Virus record (IMG/VR): IMGVR_UViG_3300049137_000066
Span: 1 to 37,918 of that record
From: a virus
Taxonomy: Duplodnaviria > Caudoviricetes
Reading direction: 5' to 3' (one strand)
DNA: 37,918 nucleotides
The translations under genes were made by a program, and so were the position numbers. Below, piece by piece: positions 33,497 through 37,918 of this stretch; position 1 is the stretch's first letter; each line of letters begins with the position of its first letter. Under the pieces are notes generated by a model. It was not told where the DNA came from and ran no database searches. It saw only the letters and a list, made by a program, of their open reading frames with translations.

Positions 33497-33559
33497 ACCC
33501 GGCCCAAAACCAGCGGTACAGGGGAACAGCATAGCCACTCGCCGGTTCTGTCAACCGGC
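33497..33559 (-). promoter_or_regulatory. Leader motif copy (33497-33513), putative -10 TATGCT (33528-33533), and inverted repeat gccggtt-N5-aaccggc (33541-33559) containing TTGACA
   Basis: acccggcccaaaaccag. TTGACA is only 15 nt from the -10, so it is a doubtful -35. Confidence 0.7.
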
Positions 33560-33577
33560 GCGCGTAACGGGTGGTCA

Positions 33578-33607
33578 GGCGGCGGAGCGTGCCGGCGCTC
33601 CGCCGCC
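33578..33607 (-). terminator. 12-bp hairpin after the 77-aa gene
   Basis: ggcggcggagcg / cgctccgccgcc, 6-nt loop. Confidence 0.65.
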
Positions 33608-33617
33608 CGGGCGCACC

Positions 33618-33851
33618 CTACTGGGGCACGGTCTCCGTGGCGGTGTCGGCCGCCGCCGCGGTGACGGCCTCCGGGGGCCAGATCACCGCGCCCGTCTTCT
33701 TGTCACGGATGGTGCTGCCGGGGTACCGCTTCGCCACGGCCTCGGCGGTGGCCTGGTTGGCGGAGGTGAACGCCACGCGCTCCGGCCGGTTGGCTGCGGC
33801 CGCCGTGATGACCTCGAACGCCTGTCGCTTGTTCTGGCACGAACACGCCAT
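33618..33851 (-). CDS. Small head-region protein (77 aa, MACSCQNK...)
   Basis: ATG 33851 after GAAGGGA; lies between the protease and capsid genes. Confidence 0.75.
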   Translation of the reverse strand: MACSCQNKRQAFEVITAAAANRPERVAFTSANQATAEAVAKRYPGSTIRDKKTGAVIWPPEAVTAAAADTATETVPQ

Positions 33852-33880
33852 GAGGCGGGATCCCTTCTGGTGGTGGGTGG

Positions 33881-36800
33881 TTAGAACCGGACGGTGGTTC
33901 CGCCGGCGGGAGCGGCGGAGAACGCGGCGGCCAGGCGTTCCACCTCGGCGCGCCGCTCCTCGTCCCGCTCGGCCTGGCGGCGGGCCATGGCGTCCAGGAG
34001 GCCGTCCAGGGCGGCCGGGTCGGCCTGGAGGGAGGCGGCCAGGGCAACGGGGTCGGCGGGCGCGGGGACCTCGAGCAGCGCCGTGACCGGCGCGGGGAGG
34101 GTCTGGCCGGGGTGGGCGGCGGCGGAGGCCGCCAACGCCAGATTGCTGCGCTCCACGGCGGCCGCGAGGAGCGGGGAGGAGTGGCCGGGCACGGGGACGG
34201 AGAGGACCGCGCGGAGCTGCCAGGTGCCGCCCGGGGCCTGGCGCATGTGGTAGCTCGGCTGGCACGCCGTGAACACCGTGCGGTCCCACTGGCTCAACCA
34301 CGGGGCGGCGGCGCCGGAGAACCACAAGCCGCGGTCGTTGAGTCCACAGGTGACGACACCCGCAACGGTGCGGGTGTCGTCGAACTGGCATGAGGCGGTG
34401 TCGCACTCCGCCCCATCACGGCTGTGCGGGACGTTCATCGTGAACGCGCCGGCCTTGACGTACGACCCGTCATCGAGCAGGAACTTCGCCCGGAGGAAGT
34501 GGGTCATGTCCAGGTTGCCCAGGGACTCGATCGTGAGGTTCCGGCCCGGGTAGCCGGCGTGCGGCTCCCCGGCGCGGGCGACCCATCCATAGATCCGGCC
34601 GCCGGAGTAGTGGACGCCGCCGGAGCCGTCCGGCAGCTCCTCCACGGTGGGCTCGCGGAACCAGGCCGCGGGCATGGGGTCCGCGTCCTGGAGCGCCGTC
34701 CAGGCGGAGGCCACCAGCTCCTCGGGGACCTGGTGGACGTGCGGGAGCCCGCCGTCCGTCAGGGGCGCGCCACCCGCCACGGTGGTGGAGGCGGCCACCT
34801 CCTGGCCCTCGGGCAGGGAGCACGGGCCGGAGAACAGGCCGGGGCCCATCTTGACCAGGCTGCCCGCCTTGACGGCCTCCTGGAGGTGCTTACGGGCGGT
34901 GGAGGCGGCGATGCCGAGGGCGCGCGCCACCTGCGCCGGGCCCACGGGGGACGGGCTGGAGCGGACGTACGTGACGACGCGCTGCAGCGTGGTCCCCGAG
35001 GCGGTGACGACCGGCTCCGCCGGGGCGGCCGAGGCGGCGGCCTCCTCCAGCGGGTCCAGGACGATACGGGCACCGGCGAACGCGGGGACGGACACGAGGG
35101 TCGCGCCCCTCAGGCGGGCCCGGGTGATGCGGACCAGGAACTCCCCGGAGGACTCCGAGTGGACGACCACGCCGTTCTCCGGGTCGTCCGGGTCGCCCGC
35201 GGCGGCGGTCAGCTTCGGCGGCACCAGGCCGGTCCCGGCGAAGGCGTTGACGATCGCGGCGGCGGTGAGCTGCCCGCCGGGGCCGGTGATGAGCTCCACC
35301 GTCTGGCGGGTGCGGGTCACGACGCCGGCGGACGCCGCCCACTCGGCGGCCGGGCGGGCGGTGATGGCGTACCCGCCATCGGTGAGGCGCAGCACGGACA
35401 CGGAGGCGAGGGAGGCGGCGAGGGCCAGGCCCTCCTCCGGGGCGGTGCGGTCCACGAACTCGACGTCGACGTCGTCCAGGTCCACGGACACCCCCAGGGG
35501 GGCCTCCTCCTCCAGCAACATGGCGGCCTCCGCGCCGGCGCGCTGTGTCAGGTAGAGGACGCCGTCTCCGATGACGCGGTCTGCGTCCCGGTCGACGGAG
35601 TTGATGGCCCCGGCGAGCTCGGCGCCCTCGTGGCCGCGCAGCATCTCGTCCGCGTACTGGAGCGGCCAGGGGCCGGGCCCGGTCCACTCCACGGCGCCGG
35701 GCGCGAAGATCCGGCCGTCGCCGGTCTCCTGGTTCTCGTAGGCCAGGGCAGCGTCCCCGGGCGTGGTCCAGCCGCGCGTGGGCATACCGGCCGCCGTCTC
35801 TTCGGACATGGGGTCCTCCGTGGTGAGGGGGATATCGGTGTGGTCACCGGCGAACGCCAGGCGGAGGCGGTCGAACCGGATGGGGCCGAGGCGCGCCACC
35901 AGCTCCTCCAGGAGCCCAGGGTCCTCGCTGTACGCCGCACAGACGTGGGCGACCCAAGGGGAGTGCTGCGTGGGGAGATCGGGCCGGTCGTGGGTGCTCT
36001 CCAGGGCGTCCGTGACCAGGGCCCGGACGGCCTCCAGGGTCGGGGCGTCCTCGGGGCGGTCGCGGTCGTCGCCCACGGACCACACCCATGACGGGGAGTC
36101 GGAGCCCGGGTTCCAGTGGCTCGCGCCGAACGCCCGGGCGTGGACGGGGCCGGTGAGCTCGGCGGCGCGGGAGCGGACGAGGTCCACGAGCTCGGCGCGC
36201 TGCTCCGGCGTCCAGTCCCCGACCTGGTCCCCCAGGAAGTAGAGGGTGCAGTGGAGCTCCCCGACGTCCTCCCCGCCCTCGATGGCGAGGCGGGCGGCGT
36301 CCTCCTCGCTCGGGATGAGCGCGACCATACCGCCCATGAGGTGACTCCCGTCCGCTGCGGCCGTCACCGGCCGTGGGTTCGTAGGTGCGGCCACGGTGGC
36401 CTCCTGAGATTCGTAAGAGGTCCCGCGCCCGGCATCCTTGGGATCGTTGGCCGCGGTACGGTCCGCGCGGGCGAGGACCAGGACGCACCGGCAGTTGCAC
36501 ACCAGCTCCGGCGGCGCGGTCGGATCTCCCGGCCCCAGCATCGCGACGCCGGCCACGGTGAAGTGGTCGTCAATGAGTTGGAGTTGCCCGTCCACCGCGT
36601 CGTGGGCGTCCCTCACCCGGGCGTCCCGCCGGGTCTGCCACTGCTTCACCAGCGGCCGGTCCGGGCCCTGGACAGCTCGGGCGGCGGCCAGGGTGGCCGT
36701 GTTCCACGCCCTGGTGGCCTCCGTAGCCGCGATCAGGCGTTGACGGCCGGGGCCGAGCTGCCCGCCGTCCTCGGCGTTCAGGCGGGCCAGGAGGCGGGCG

Positions 36801-37237
36801 CGGAGCTGCGCCACGTCCTCCCCGGCCTCCAGCCCGGCGGCGAGCTCCTGGCGGGCCACCTCCGCGAGCCGGTCCCCCACGGCGCGCAGGAGGTGTTCCG
36901 TGGTCTCGGCGTACTGGCCGAGCCCGTCCGGGAGCTCCCGGCCCTCCTCATACCGGTCGGGGAGGTCCGTCCAGGTCTCGTCCAGCTCGGCGCCCACGCT
37001 CTCGGCGGCCTGGTGGGCGGCGTCCTCCACGACACCGAACAGCCGGCGCACGATCCGGGGGATGCGGGCGGACCACATGCGGGCGATGGAGCCCACGGAG
37101 AACCGGGCCGCCACCAGCTCCGAGGCGCTGGAGACGGCGTCCGCGTACTCCTCGGCCACCTCCACCAGGGCCTCGCGGACGGTGTCCGCCACGGCGGCCT
37201 CCGCGGCCTCCACAGCTGCCTCCAGGACGTCATCCAT
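33881..37237 (-). CDS. MuF-like head morphogenesis + 2H phosphoesterase + capsid maturation protease + wHTH fusion
   Basis: MuF: KQWQTRRDARVRDAH..DGQ..PGDP..CNCRC. 2H: LHCTLYFLG / AHVCAAY. Protease-like: ETGDGRIF..GHEGA..GVSVDLD..RGATLVSVPAF. wHTH: PAQVARALGIAASTARKHLQEAVKAGSLVK. Confidence 0.85.
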   Translation of the reverse strand: MDDVLEAAVEAAEAAVADTVREALVEVAEEYADAVSSASELVAARFSVGSIARMWSARIPRIVRRLFGVVEDAAHQAAESVGAELDETWTDLPDRYEEGRELPDGLGQYAETTEHLLRAVGDRLAEVARQELAAGLEAGEDVAQLRARLLARLNAEDGGQLGPGRQRLIAATEATRAWNTATLAAARAVQGPDRPLVKQWQTRRDARVRDAHDAVDGQLQLIDDHFTVAGVAMLGPGDPTAPPELVCNCRCVLVLARADRTAANDPKDAGRGTSYESQEATVAAPTNPRPVTAAADGSHLMGGMVALIPSEEDAARLAIEGGEDVGELHCTLYFLGDQVGDWTPEQRAELVDLVRSRAAELTGPVHARAFGASHWNPGSDSPSWVWSVGDDRDRPEDAPTLEAVRALVTDALESTHDRPDLPTQHSPWVAHVCAAYSEDPGLLEELVARLGPIRFDRLRLAFAGDHTDIPLTTEDPMSEETAAGMPTRGWTTPGDAALAYENQETGDGRIFAPGAVEWTGPGPWPLQYADEMLRGHEGAELAGAINSVDRDADRVIGDGVLYLTQRAGAEAAMLLEEEAPLGVSVDLDDVDVEFVDRTAPEEGLALAASLASVSVLRLTDGGYAITARPAAEWAASAGVVTRTRQTVELITGPGGQLTAAAIVNAFAGTGLVPPKLTAAAGDPDDPENGVVVHSESSGEFLVRITRARLRGATLVSVPAFAGARIVLDPLEEAAASAAPAEPVVTASGTTLQRVVTYVRSSPSPVGPAQVARALGIAASTARKHLQEAVKAGSLVKMGPGLFSGPCSLPEGQEVAASTTVAGGAPLTDGGLPHVHQVPEELVASAWTALQDADPMPAAWFREPTVEELPDGSGGVHYSGGRIYGWVARAGEPHAGYPGRNLTIESLGNLDMTHFLRAKFLLDDGSYVKAGAFTMNVPHSRDGAECDTASCQFDDTRTVAGVVTCGLNDRGLWFSGAAAPWLSQWDRTVFTACQPSYHMRQAPGGTWQLRAVLSVPVPGHSSPLLAAAVERSNLALAASAAAHPGQTLPAPVTALLEVPAPADPVALAASLQADPAALDGLLDAMARRQAERDEERRAEVERLAAAFSAAPAGGTTVRF

Positions 37238-37535
37238 GGCGTGCCTCCTCCGGGGTGGCTTCGCACTCCATGCACAGCGACCAGCCGCCGGCCCTGCGCG
37301 GTCCCTCGCCGGTCAGGAGGGTGATGGTGGCCACGAAGAGGGCGTCTTCTCCGCAGGCCGGGCAGGCGCGGACCTCTGTAGTGGACTGGAGGGGCCCCGC
37401 CTCGGCGTCGCTCTCCTGGGAGCGCCAGGCGCCGACTTCATCCATGACCGTGCGGCCGGGGCAGAACGCGCACCAGCCGTGCGCGCGGTGCGCGGCAGCA
37501 GAGTGCCCGGGCGGTGCCGCCTGGACGTCATCCAT
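37230..37535 (-). CDS. Small CxxC zinc-ribbon-like protein (101 aa)
   Basis: CAFC, CPAC and CMEC; GAGGAGG RBS; 8-bp overlap with the next gene. Confidence 0.7.
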   Translation of the reverse strand: MDDVQAAPPGHSAAAHRAHGWCAFCPGRTVMDEVGAWRSQESDAEAGPLQSTTEVRACPACGEDALFVATITLLTGEGPRRAGGWSLCMECEATPEEARHG

Positions 37536-37740
37536 GGCGTGCCTCCTCGGGCGGGCAGTCCTCCGGGACGGGGCCGACGTGGACGACGGCCGGGCCCATG
37601 AGGAGGCCGGGGCCGGCGGGGCCGTCCATGACGACGTCCGTGACGCCGGGGAGCCGGGTCAGGGTCGTGATCTGGAGGCCGTCGCACGCCCCGCACAGGC
37701 CGAGTTGCTGGATCTGGTCCGGCTGCTCCCGGTCAGCCAC
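37528..37740 (-). CDS. Small CxxC protein (70 aa)
   Basis: LCGACD; GGGAGG RBS with GTG start; ends PEEARHG like its neighbour. Confidence 0.6.
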   Translation of the reverse strand: MADREQPDQIQQLGLCGACDGLQITTLTRLPGVTDVVMDGPAGPGLLMGPAVVHVGPVPEDCPPEEARHG

Positions 37741-37918
37741 GGCGTGCCTCCCGGTCGTCGTCCACGCAGATGGAGCACCAGGCGAAGCGGCCCACGGTGG
37801 ACACGCCGTCCGGTGTGAGGAGGAGCAGCGGCCCGGACAGGAGCGTCCAGGCCTTGCAGGCGTCGCACCAGCCGGGGGCGGCGGTGCCGGGGGTCACGGT
37901 GAGGACGAGGTCCTGGCG
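37733..37918 (-). CDS. Small CxxC...CxxC protein, 3' part only
   Basis: Not in the ORF track. Reads RQDLVLTVTPGTAAPGWCDACKAWTLLSGPLLLLTPDGVSTVGRFAWCSICVDDDREARRG*. Confidence 0.65.
   Translation of the reverse strand, partial: RQDLVLTVTPGTAAPGWCDACKAWTLLSGPLLLLTPDGVSTVGRFAWCSICVDDDREARRG

Larger units (their letters stand above)
37225..37751. repeat. Repeated gene-junction cassette (26 bp identical at 37225-37250 and 37523-37548; degenerate copy at 37733-37751)
   Basis: Coding strand GAGGAGGCACGCCATGGATGACGTCC twice; GGAGGCACGCCGTGGCTGA once. Confidence 0.85.
1..37918 (-). mobile_element. Actinobacterial (probably Streptomyces) siphovirus/prophage structural and lysis module; both ends lie outside the window
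   Basis: Co-oriented, often overlapping genes in head-neck-tail-TMP-tip-lysis order, with GGAGG-type RBSs and very high GC3. No sheath gene. Whether it is integrated or a free phage cannot be told from this window. Confidence 0.93.

Noticed and set aside
2204-33507. ORF-track starts inside the motif (MGRA../MWAG.. at 2204, 4943, 7324, 16848, 33507) as a shared leader peptide
   Set aside because: The motif's NTG triplet is in frame at only about half the loci and lacks an SD; better SD-linked starts lie ~40 nt downstream.
174-33513. The 17-nt repeats as a CRISPR array or as recombination (att/invertase) sites
   Set aside because: They are dispersed, at most two in tandem, too short, and no cas or recombinase gene is present. 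Their position tracks start codons.
33528-33554. TTGACA + TATGCT as a canonical sigma70 promoter (also TTGACT at 220-225)
   Set aside because: The spacers are 15 and 11 nt, outside the usual 16-19. Only the -10 is retained as a candidate.
82-37818. Many long + strand ORFs (e.g. 22963..25431, 28603..30669, 31936..33534) and alternative-frame - strand ORFs
   Set aside because: These are shadow ORFs of high-GC coding DNA: Arg/Pro/Gly-rich, with no recognisable motifs, and overlapping well-supported minus-strand genes.
1-37918. tRNA/rRNA genes, integrase, transposase, in-frame TTA (bldA) codons
   Set aside because: None recognised by eye; the TTA occurrences I checked were out of frame. tRNAscan-SE and a codon count would be needed to be sure.

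Overview
A very GC-rich (Streptomyces-like) siphovirus or prophage virion-and-lysis region. Every real gene is on the minus strand and reads right to left: three small CxxC paralogs; a MuF/2H-phosphoesterase/prohead-protease/wHTH fusion; separate major capsid hexamer- and pentamer-type genes; a C2H2-finger protein; an ~11 kb block of giant Cys-rich modular proteins with small C1q/BclA-like partners; a double GT4 glycosyltransferase; major tail protein; a Stealth-like transferase; neck genes; tail assembly chaperones; tape measure; tail tip and fibre genes; an amidase-LysM endolysin; a membrane protein; and a truncated secreted protein. Terminase, portal, integrase and repressor are not in the window. 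Three things stand out. (1) A strictly oriented 17-nt motif (coding strand CTGGTTNTGGGCCGGGC) occurs 13 times at 10 intergenic loci, 25-32 nt from the start codon and usually just after a TANNNT box. (2) Two giant proteins are built from a ~50-aa Cys-bracketed repeat that carries 8 passenger domains inserted at the equivalent loop, next to virion-region glycosyltransferases. (3) The head polyprotein has internal RBS+start sites at its domain borders. Family calls come from motif recognition by eye and from gene order; no database search was run.
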